From Thermoproteota archaeon (GTDB lineage Archaea > Korarchaeota > Korarchaeia > B14-G2), in the NCBI GenBank assembly GCA_037917675.1, contig JAVCBW010000023.1:1-13678 (forward strand): a stretch of DNA of 13,678 nucleotides, given 5' to 3'. Numbering within the stretch: the first letter of the stretch is position 1; each line of letters begins with the position of its first letter. A program made the position numbers and the translations under genes. The notes beneath the pieces are model-generated. The model did no database searches and was not told where the DNA came from. It saw only the letters and a program-made list of their open reading frames with translations. Below, in pieces: positions 1 through 7,046 of the stretch.

Positions 1-112
1 GTGGCTGAGCTGCTGCTTTCTGTGCTGGTGGCTGTACTGCTGATAGAGCCATCAGTAGTGTAGACAGGATCAAGAAGAGGGCAAACAGCTTAGAGGCTTT
101 AACAGCTTGCAT
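1..112 (-). CDS. Secreted/surface protein, N-terminal fragment (runs off the window edge; not in the ORF track)
   Basis: Reverse strand reads GAAAGGAGGAAGC-ATG, then MQAVKASKLFALFLILSTLLMALSAVQPPAQKAAAQP... with no stop to base 1. This shows a strong SD, a basic n-region, a hydrophobic h-region and an AxA-type cleavage site. Confidence 0.85.
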   Translation of the reverse strand, partial: MQAVKASKLFALFLILSTLLMALSAVQPPAQKAAAQP

Positions 113-206
113 GCTTCCTCCTTTCTGGAAGCCTCCAAAGGCTACAGCTAGACAACTGATAGCCTAGCAGCAACCTATGAAGGCTATATGCTCCATCTTG
201 AAGGGG

Positions 207-221
207 TATTTAAGGCTTTCC
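207..221 (-). promoter_or_regulatory. BRE-TATA promoter for the 1..112 gene
   Basis: Minus strand reads GGAAAGCCTTAAATA, a purine-rich BRE followed by TTAAATA, about 95 nt upstream of the ATG. Confidence 0.6.
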
Positions 222-535
222 TACTAGCTAGGGTATAGAGCTGCTCTCCAACTACCTTATGTCCTCTCTGCTCTCAGGCTTTAAAGATGGAGATAGAAGT
301 GGAAGCCTCTGTTTACAGGGTGAGCTGGGCTTCAGAGGGCTCTTCACTAGGGTATGTAGCTCTCGTCCTAGTACGAGCTCTATGAGGCTGAGGCTTAGTA
401 GCCTTATGGGTGCTGTGAGCTCTCTGAGGAGGCTGCATAGGCTTCCTGAAGCCTACATGGAGTCATGTCGGTTAAGTTTGCTTCTTGAGGGCTGAGGGTC
501 TTGAGCTTCTGGTGATAGCATGGACTCTGTGTTCT

Positions 536-547
536 GAAGGTTTATTA
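536..547 (+). promoter_or_regulatory. BRE-TATA promoter, probably leaderless transcript
   Basis: GAAGGTTTATTA ends about 22 nt before ATG 570 and no SD is evident. Confidence 0.6.
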
Positions 548-569
548 GCTGTGTAGGCTGCTCTATGCC

Positions 570-1601
570 ATGAGGGCTTTAGCCTTAGTCCTAGTGTGTA
601 CAGCTCTAGTGGCTGCAGCCCTCCTCTTATATGGGGCTCAGCTTAGGAGCCATGAGCCTTCTCCGCCTTCTGCAGAGCCTTCTCCGCCTCCTAGACGAGA
701 GGCTGAGCCTAGCATGGAGGGTGATGGAGTTAGGTGCCTAGTTTATGTCTCTATTGTAATGCATAGTGAAGACCCATATCACAGGCTTTACCCTGACTTC
801 AGGGTCAATAGGACAGCTTACCTAGCCTATAGGAGGGCTCTAGTAGAGTTCGCTGAGATGCTGTGGTCCCATGGACTTTCCTTCGACTTCCAGACTGACT
901 GGAACTTCCTAGAGGGTGTTAGGAGGTGGGAGACTAAGGATCTCATGGAGGATACCAGAGGAGTGAATGTGATAGTGTATCTTCAGAGCCTAGGTGTCTC
1001 GATAGATCCTCACTCACATGAGAGTGAAGGCTATAACTATGCTGATGTAGCTTACCTGATAGAGCTTCTTGGAGCTGAGCCATCACCTGTAGTTGGAGGA
1101 CATATATTCGATGAGAGCTCTCCCTTATACCAGGACTGGCCTAGGTTCCAGGAGCCTCTGAGAGGGAGTAGGTTCCCTGAGGCAGTTTGGAAGGCTAGGA
1201 TCCTATGGGGTGAGAGCAACCCAGGGCACAGGGGAGATCCTGTGGCATCTGGCGTGTGGAGGCCTAAGGTAGGAGAATTCTATAGCCATGATGAGAGCCA
1301 GCCTCTCATTACAGTAGGCAGGTATACTGGGAGCCTACAGGGAGTCTTAGAGCTGATAGCTAAGATAGAGAGAGGTGAGTTAAAGCTAGGAAGGATATAT
1401 ACTGCAACAGTCTTCCTCGGGCATAGTATGCTCACCAAGCCAGGGTTCATAGAGAGCTTCGAGAGGACTGTGGTCTTGAAGCTGCTGGAGCTTCAGGAGC
1501 AAGGGAAGATATGTGTCTTGACCATACCGGAGGTTGTTCAAGTCTGGCTTACGAGATACGGTGGGGAGCCTAGCATATACTTGGAGAAGCCTCCTAGGTG
1601 A
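570..1601 (+). CDS. Membrane-anchored/secreted hypothetical protein, possible polysaccharide deacetylase-like (glycoside hydrolase/deacetylase barrel) metalloenzyme
   Basis: 343 aa with an N-terminal hydrophobic helix and a Pro/Glu/Ser linker. A beta-strand ends in MHSED and IDPHSHE supplies an HxH motif. The C-terminal LTIPEV resembles the end of NodB-type domains. The CDS is secure; the function is inferred. Confidence 0.6.
   Translation: MRALALVLVCTALVAAALLLYGAQLRSHEPSPPSAEPSPPPRREAEPSMEGDGVRCLVYVSIVMHSEDPYHRLYPDFRVNRTAYLAYRRALVEFAEMLWSHGLSFDFQTDWNFLEGVRRWETKDLMEDTRGVNVIVYLQSLGVSIDPHSHESEGYNYADVAYLIELLGAEPSPVVGGHIFDESSPLYQDWPRFQEPLRGSRFPEAVWKARILWGESNPGHRGDPVASGVWRPKVGEFYSHDESQPLITVGRYTGSLQGVLELIAKIERGELKLGRIYTATVFLGHSMLTKPGFIESFERTVVLKLLELQEQGKICVLTIPEVVQVWLTRYGGEPSIYLEKPPR
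654..689 (+). repeat. Intragenic 15-bp direct repeat encoding the EPSPP linker units
   Basis: GAGCCTTCTCCGCCT at 654-668 and 675-689 (21-nt period). Confidence 0.9.
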
Positions 1602-1617
1602 CCTGCGGGGCTTAGCG

Positions 1618-2364
1618 CTACCTTCGCCTACCATAGGTGGCTAGGGTAGCTGAAGATAGCAGAGCAGCGTAAGCTAATGGGGCTAGAGGAGCTTTCATTG
1701 AGGCTTCTCCAGCTATGGTAGCTAAAGCCATGTGAGTGCTGTAGTGTGGTAGGAGCTTAGCTGCCCAGTGGCTTGAGGCTAGGCTTTGAGCTGCTAGTGA
1801 CGCTATATGCAAGGCTGCAGCTGACGCTCCAGCTGAGAGCTGTGTCCTGAACAATGCTCCTAGGAGAGCTGATGAGGTACATGTGTAGGCTAGGGAGGCT
1901 GAGGCTAGTAGAGTTGCCTCAGCAACTCTAGCTATGGGATAGGGGCCTAGGATCCTTGAGTAAGCCCATGTTGCAAGCGATGCTAGGGCAAGTGAGCCTA
2001 GGGATGCTGCTAGGGTTGATGCTAGCTTAGCTAAGGCCACTAGCTCTCTCCTGACTGGGTGGGATAGCAGAAGCTCTATGGTCCCTTTCTCAGCCTCCTT
2101 AGCCATCGAGGTAGAGGCTAGTAAGGCTGCTAGGAGCATTGCTATCTGTGCTGTGTTCTCGAAGTAGTCTCTTAAGGCGTCTTGGGCTCCTAGCTCAGGT
2201 ACCACAGCCCTGAGCTCCTCTGGGAGGATCTCTGGGAGAGCATAGACTACAGCTACGCTTGCAGCACCTAAGGCCAGCATGGCAGCAGCTAAAGCCAGGT
2301 ATGCTAGCCTATGCTCCTTAAGCTCCTTCCACACTAGAGCTTTAAGCTCCTGCAACCTGCTCAC
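1618..2364 (-). CDS. ABC-2 type transporter permease (YxlG-like)
   Basis: LVWKELKE N-terminal motif, about 6 TM helices and the typical SMAKEAEKGTIELLLSHPVRRELVALAK motif. It overlaps the ATPase stop. The start may be TTG at 2355. Confidence 0.9.
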   Translation of the reverse strand: MSRLQELKALVWKELKEHRLAYLALAAAMLALGAASVAVVYALPEILPEELRAVVPELGAQDALRDYFENTAQIAMLLAALLASTSMAKEAEKGTIELLLSHPVRRELVALAKLASTLAASLGSLALASLATWAYSRILGPYPIARVAEATLLASASLAYTCTSSALLGALFRTQLSAGASAAALHIASLAAQSLASSHWAAKLLPHYSTHMALATIAGEASMKAPLAPLAYAALLSSATLATYGRRR

Positions 2365-3256
2365 CTACCAGCTTGAGGTAGGCTTCCTCTAAGCCAGGTG
2401 ACCTAAGCGACCTCACAGGTATGCTGTAGGCTGCTAGGAGCTTCACGAGCCCAAGCCTAGCTGCATCCAGGTCTCTAGCTTCGACTGTGAGCCTGCATCT
2501 CCCAGCCTTCACTGAGGTAGCCCACCACATCTCTCTGACTTCGCTTTCAAGCTTCTCTACTCCAGGGCCCTCAACCTCTACGATGGGACAGTACTTCTCT
2601 CTGAACTCCTCGACGCCACCCTGGTAGATGAGCCTACCTCCACTTAAGACAGCTAGCATGCTACATGCCTCAGAGACCTCATGGAGCACATGGGAGGAGA
2701 GGAGCACTGTCTTACTGCCTTTAGCCATGGCCTTGATTAGCTTGAGTAAGCTAGCTCTCTGAGCTGGATCTAAGCCTGATGTAGGCTCATCTAGCAGTAG
2801 GACCTGTGGGTCTCCTATGAGAGCTAGAGCTAAGCCTACTCTCCTACGCTGCCCTAGGCTGAGAGTGCTACACCTCCTTTCCTCTAGCTGGCTTAGCTTG
2901 AGCTCTTCCATGAGAAGCTTGACCCTAGCCTTCAGCTCCCCTCTCGGGAGCTTGCGGAGCCTCCCAGCTAGCTCTATGTGCTCCCTAACAGTCAGGAAGC
3001 CGTATAAGGGCTGCGTCTCAGGGAGGTAGCCTACTCGCTTCTTCACCTCAAGCTCCTCTCTTATCGATACCCCTGCAACCCAAGCTTCTCCAGATGTAGG
3101 CTTGAGCAGGCAGCAAAGCAGCCTTAAGGTTGTAGTCTTCCCTGCGCCATTAGGGCCTACTAGCCCGCAGATAGCTCCCCTAGAGACATCTAGAGACAGC
3201 TCCTCTACTCCACGTATCCTGCCATAGTACTTGGTGAGCCCCCTGAGCTCAATCAC
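2342..3256 (-). CDS. ABC transporter ATP-binding protein (ABC-2/DrrA-like, YxlF-like)
   Basis: Walker A GPNGAGKTT, signature variant LSLGQRRR, Walker B LLLDEP, H-loop SSH and C-terminal LEEAYL. Confidence 0.95.
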   Translation of the reverse strand: MIELRGLTKYYGRIRGVEELSLDVSRGAICGLVGPNGAGKTTTLRLLCCLLKPTSGEAWVAGVSIREELEVKKRVGYLPETQPLYGFLTVREHIELAGRLRKLPRGELKARVKLLMEELKLSQLEERRCSTLSLGQRRRVGLALALIGDPQVLLLDEPTSGLDPAQRASLLKLIKAMAKGSKTVLLSSHVLHEVSEACSMLAVLSGGRLIYQGGVEEFREKYCPIVEVEGPGVEKLESEVREMWWATSVKAGRCRLTVEARDLDAARLGLVKLLAAYSIPVRSLRSPGLEEAYLKLVGEQVAGA

Positions 3257-3431
3257 GCTCTCTACCCCATATCAGGTATGCTACTGCCCCAATGTAGCCT
3301 AGGAGCAGCACTATAGCAGCCCAGAGGATCCTCCTGCCCCCTCTCCGCTTAGCTAGGTCATAGAGGGAGTAGGCTTGGAGCACAACCTGTAGCGCTATGA
3401 CTGGAGCTAAGGCCAGCAGCTTAGGCTCCAT
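3249..3431 (-). CDS. Small two-TM PLDc_N-domain protein (YxlE-like)
   Basis: 60 aa with the pattern LAPVIALQVVL..YSLYDL..R...W..IVLLLGYIGAVAYLIWGR, typical of PLDc_N. SD AGGTGG lies upstream and it overlaps the ATPase start by 8 nt. Confidence 0.85.
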   Translation of the reverse strand: MEPKLLALAPVIALQVVLQAYSLYDLAKRRGGRRILWAAIVLLLGYIGAVAYLIWGRERD

Positions 3432-3477
3432 CCAGCCACCTACAACCCACCTTGGAGCATGCTGATAAGCTTACCCC

Positions 3478-3515
3478 GTATAAGGGCTTATACAGCCATG
3501 TATATGGGCTTATAC
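3478..3515. promoter_or_regulatory. Tandem palindromic operator pair
   Basis: GTATAAG-GG-CTTATAC (3478-3493, perfect 7-2-7 inverted repeat) and GTATATG-GG-CTTATAC (3500-3515, 1 mismatch), 22 bp apart, upstream of the PLDc_N-ABC operon. Confidence 0.8.
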
Positions 3516-3517
3516 AG

Positions 3518-4222
3518 CTATCTCACACTCCTGACTGCGCTACGGTACCCTAGGTATGATGCTGAAGCTGCTATAGCAAGCAGCCCGAAGCCTAGAGGCA
3601 GCTTGAGCCTCCAGCTTAAGCTGCTGAGGAAGGCTAGGGCAGAGCTTATGCCACATACCATGGACACTAGAGTAGGCTTCCATCTAGCAGGCTTGATAGG
3701 CACCCAGTAGATGTTGAGGAAGAGTGGGAGGCAGTATAGGGATCTGAGAGACATGCCTAGGGAAGCATAGAGCAGGAGTGAAGCTAGCCCTAATGCCAGT
3801 GAGAGGAGCTTCAGCCAGCCGCCTAGAGTGGCGAGAGAGATGGCGTAAACAAGGGTGATAAGCCCCCAAGTAGCCTTAACTTCATCTAGAGGAGTCATTC
3901 TAAGCATGCTCTCCATGACCCTGATGGAAACTCCTCCACTCCTCTCAACTCCCTCAACAAGCAAGACAGCTCTTCTACCTAGGGAAGAGAGGTAATACCT
4001 CCCCTCACCATCCCTCTTGACTAGGCCAGCTGAAAGCAGGAGCTTAAGGTGGTGAGCAAACCACCCAGATTGCTTAATCCCAACAGCATGCATCAGCTCA
4101 CTATACCTCAGCCTACCTCTAGCATAGAGCTCACCTAGGATCCTACGCCTAACTTCGCTGCCAAGAGCCTTAAGAACACCATCAACACCCACAGGCATCA
4201 CCGAGCTAGCTGCTCTAAGCAT
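3518..4222 (-). CDS. Membrane-anchored ArsR-like winged-helix transcription regulator
   Basis: N-terminal VLKALGSEVRRRILGELY...LRYSELM...FAHHLKLLLSAGLVKR...YYLSSLG is an ArsR/DUF7347-like wHTH, followed by about 4 hydrophobic helices. The true start may be the downstream ATG/GTG after GGTGA. Confidence 0.85.
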   Translation of the reverse strand: MLRAASSVMPVGVDGVLKALGSEVRRRILGELYARGRLRYSELMHAVGIKQSGWFAHHLKLLLSAGLVKRDGEGRYYLSSLGRRAVLLVEGVERSGGVSIRVMESMLRMTPLDEVKATWGLITLVYAISLATLGGWLKLLSLALGLASLLLYASLGMSLRSLYCLPLFLNIYWVPIKPARWKPTLVSMVCGISSALAFLSSLSWRLKLPLGFGLLAIAASASYLGYRSAVRSVR

Positions 4223-4296
4223 CAGCCTCAGAGGAGCACACGAGCATCAGCTACCTACATGCTTCCTACACTCTATGCTAGTCAGCAGGCAGCAGC

Positions 4297-4311
4297 TTAT
4301 AAAAGCCTTCC
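4297..4311 (-). promoter_or_regulatory. BRE-TATA promoter of the wHTH-TM regulator
   Basis: Minus strand reads GGAAGGCTTTTATAA. Confidence 0.65.
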
Positions 4312-4482
4312 ACAGCTACCTGATATAAGCTGAGAGCTCAGGTGCCAGCAAGGCTGCTGAAGTAGCTGCAGCTTCCCCTCAGCTTTCAGATGTCAGTGGG
4401 AGGCATACATGGTACTATGCTCTGCTAGCCAAGCTCTCTCGGGGTCTAAGCCCACCATGCTGTAGCCACCTGATTCCTTGAG

Positions 4483-4494
4483 CAACACTTTTAA
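4483..4494 (+). promoter_or_regulatory. TATA promoter of the ferritin-SOR operon
   Basis: AACACTTTTAAA about 35 nt upstream of GTG 4530, with SD GAGGTG in between. Confidence 0.6.
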
Positions 4495-4529
4495 ACAGCT
4501 ATCCACAAGCTTCCCTGAGAGGTGTTTAG

Positions 4530-4982
4530 GTGGCTACTCTTAAGGTAAGTGAGAAGCTGAAGAACCTTCTCAACCAGGCTATAGCTATGGAGATCCAGGT
4601 GTCTATCCAATACATGTGGCAGCACATCCAGACAGCTGGTATACTACATCACCTTATAGCAGATGAGTTCAAGAAGATAGCTATAGAGGAGATGAAGCAT
4701 GCAGAGAGCATAGCTGAGAGGCTTTGGTACCTGGGAGAGAAGCCTACAACTCAGCCAGCTCCCATAACTGTAGGTGAGAACCTAAGAGAGATGCTGAAGC
4801 AAGACCTCAAGGACGAGGAGAAGACAATTGAGCTCTATAGGTCAATCATAAAGGTAGCTGAGGAGGAAGGTGACGTAGTGACTAGAAGGCTATTTGAGAG
4901 GATCCTGGAAGACGAGGAAAGACACCATGACTTCTTCATGACAGCACTAGAGGAATATGAGCGTATAGTCACAGGAGCCTGA
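4530..4982 (+). CDS. bfr: Bacterioferritin-like / ferritin-like diiron protein
   Basis: Ferroxidase ligands E21, E54-M-K-H57, E96 and E129-x-x-H132 have bacterioferritin spacing. ERLWYLG..P and GDVVTRRLFERILEDEE.H are also typical. Confidence 0.85.
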   Translation: MATLKVSEKLKNLLNQAIAMEIQVSIQYMWQHIQTAGILHHLIADEFKKIAIEEMKHAESIAERLWYLGEKPTTQPAPITVGENLREMLKQDLKDEEKTIELYRSIIKVAEEEGDVVTRRLFERILEDEERHHDFFMTALEEYERIVTGA

Positions 4983-5006
4983 CCTCCTGGCCAGAGAGGT
5001 GAGAGC

Positions 5007-5384
5007 ATGGCCAGGAGGTTTGGTGACATGATATATACATCAGCTCACGAAGATAAGGTGTTAGGTGAAAAGCATACACCATGGATAGAGGCTCCAGATC
5101 AGGTTAAAGCAGGCGAGGAGTTTGAGGTGAAGGTCATAGTGGGGAGAGAGGTTCCACACCCTAATACATGGGAGCATCACATCAAGTGGATTCAGGTCTT
5201 CATAGAGGAAGAAGGAAGAGCCTTCAATCCAGTACATGTGGCGACAATAGACTTAGGCCCAGCATATGGAGAGCCAAAGGCGGTCTTCAAGATGAAGCTC
5301 AGTAAAAGCTCTAGGATCTGGATCCTAGGCTACTGTAACCTCCATGGCATCTGGGAGAACTCAAAGGGAATCAAAGTAGCCTAA
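5007..5384 (+). CDS. sor: Class II superoxide reductase (neelaredoxin, 1Fe-SOR)
   Basis: EKHTP, HPNTWEHHIKWI and YCNLHGIWE motifs give 4 His + 1 Cys iron ligands. No desulforedoxin domain. SD GAGGTGA. Confidence 0.95.
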   Translation: MARRFGDMIYTSAHEDKVLGEKHTPWIEAPDQVKAGEEFEVKVIVGREVPHPNTWEHHIKWIQVFIEEEGRAFNPVHVATIDLGPAYGEPKAVFKMKLSKSSRIWILGYCNLHGIWENSKGIKVA

Positions 5385-5398
5385 CCCTCCCTTTTTTT
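5385..5398 (+). terminator. Archaeal oligo-T terminator
   Basis: CCCTCCC followed by T7 (5392-5398) immediately after the sor stop codon. Confidence 0.75.
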
Positions 5399-5548
5399 AC
5401 CTCAGCTTCCAAGTAGCTATCCTTATTCTTCAGCAGCCTCTGTCCCTCGATTCCAGGCTCAGCTTCTCTCATAGGATGCAGCTATTCAAATGCCTTAAGC
5501 TATCTCAGCCATCTAAGCATGTGCTCTCCTATACCATAGCATTGAGTC

Positions 5549-5560
5549 AAGGTTTTAATA
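5549..5560 (+). promoter_or_regulatory. BRE-TATA promoter of the trxB-like gene
   Basis: AAGGTTTTAATA about 20 nt before ATG 5580. Confidence 0.6.
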
Positions 5561-5579
5561 GCAGCAGGAAGACGCTGAT

Positions 5580-6626
5580 ATGGCTGTAGGCAGCTTACAT
5601 CCAGGTGAGAGCATGGAGTCAGAAGCCAGCTATGACGTGGTTGTAGTGGGAGGTGGTATAGCTGGCCTCACAGCAGCTCTCTATCTTGCTAGGCAGAACC
5701 TCAGGACGCTAGTAGTCACGATGGATATCGGTGGCCAGCTGCTGCTAGCTACAGAGATCCAGAACTACCCTGGGGTTAAGTCGATAGATGGCTTTAGCCT
5801 AGCTAAGATGGTTGAAGAGCAGGCTAGAGCATTTGGAGCAGAGATAAAGCTTGATGAGGTCTCTGAGATTGAGAAGGCTGAAGGCTCATACAGGGTCAAG
5901 ACAGTGACAGGAGCTACATATGAGGCAGAGGCTCTCATACTGGCATTTGGCAAGAAGCCAAAGGAGCTAGGTGTTCCAGGGGAGAGGAGGCTGAAGGGTA
6001 GAGGAGTAAGCTACTGCGCTACATGTGATGCCCCACTATTCAAGGGTAGGAAGGTGGCTCTAGCAGCTATAGGACACCATGGAATAGAGGCAGCTAGCAT
6101 GCTAGCCAGCCAAGCAAGAGAAGTCTACTGGGTGTTTCCAGCTGAGACACCAGGGGGAGAAAGAGAGCTCTATGAGGCCATAGCCTCTAAGCCAAACGTG
6201 AAGGCTATGCCAAAGTCAAAGATCACTGAGATACTCGGCGAAAGCACAGTCAAGGGGGTCGTCATAGAGACGCCGGAAGGTGAAGTCCAGCTTGAGGTAG
6301 ATGGAGTCTTCATAGAGATAGGCTACACTCCTGAGACAGGAATAGTCAGAGAGCTTGTGGAGCTCAATGAGAGGGGAGAGGTGATAGTAGACAGGCTAGG
6401 TAGGACGTCAGCTGAAGGAGTGTTTGCAGCAGGTGACGTAACAGACCTACCATACAAGCAGGCAGTGATATCAGCTGCAGCAGGAGCAATAGCAGCACTC
6501 TCAGCATACAGGTATCTAATGGAGAAGAGAGGTAGGAGGATAGCTGTCGCCCATGACTGGAAGAAGATGAAGCTTAAGGGGGAAGAAGCTTCTAAGCCAT
6601 CCTTCTTCCTAACGCCATCAGGATAA
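5580..6626 (+). CDS. trxB: Thioredoxin reductase-like flavoprotein (TrxB family) with degenerate NAD(P)H-binding motifs
   Basis: GGGIAG FAD motif, GGQL..IQNYPG, GVSYCATCD active site and GVFAAGDVT..KQAVISA. An alternative start is ATG 5613, which has SD AGGTGA. Confidence 0.9.
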   Translation: MAVGSLHPGESMESEASYDVVVVGGGIAGLTAALYLARQNLRTLVVTMDIGGQLLLATEIQNYPGVKSIDGFSLAKMVEEQARAFGAEIKLDEVSEIEKAEGSYRVKTVTGATYEAEALILAFGKKPKELGVPGERRLKGRGVSYCATCDAPLFKGRKVALAAIGHHGIEAASMLASQAREVYWVFPAETPGGERELYEAIASKPNVKAMPKSKITEILGESTVKGVVIETPEGEVQLEVDGVFIEIGYTPETGIVRELVELNERGEVIVDRLGRTSAEGVFAAGDVTDLPYKQAVISAAAGAIAALSAYRYLMEKRGRRIAVAHDWKKMKLKGEEASKPSFFLTPSG

Positions 6627-7046
6627 GCTACCGGCTAGGAGGAGCCCACTATGCTCTCAGCTTATAGCCTCTAGAAGGAGCCTAAACTGTCTCCCTGGAG
6701 CTCTCAGCTTGAATGCCAGCTGCATCACTGTGTCTCCTCTAATGCTGGCTGCTAGAGGCATAGATGTCAGCCATCGCTGAGATCACAGCTTGTACCGTGT
6801 AGCCTAGCTTGGGTTCCAGATTCAAAGCTACCAGGAGCGCCTCCTAGGGTGAGCCTCGGTTATAGGTCTCATGTTGAGGTCTAGCAGCTTTACCTAGGGA
6901 AGGTGGTGTTGCCTCAGCTTCGCTGTCTCAGCTGGCAAGCTAGCGTGATGCATGAGCTTCTCAAAGCCCTATAGGGTAGGTTTAGGGAGATGAGGTGCTG
7001 ATGTCGTGGCTGGGGGGCGTAGGTAGAGGCTCTATGACACTGGGCT

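Noticed and set aside
259-495. 78-aa ORF on +
   Set aside because: Ser/Leu/Arg-rich with no SD or recognisable motif, and it lies between two divergent promoters. Probably spurious.
1386-3869. Short ORFs 1386-1634(-), 2817-3029(+), 3459-3710(+), 3684-3869(-)
   Set aside because: All overlap well-supported genes in antisense or alternative frames and have no motifs.
4328-4384. Short palindromes CTGAGAGCTCAG and AGCTGCAGCT
   Set aside because: Expected by chance given the AGCT enrichment.
6940-7005. Possible C/D box sRNA (GTGATGC, GATGAGG, CTGA)
   Set aside because: No intact RTGATGA C box or properly spaced D'/C'/D arrangement.
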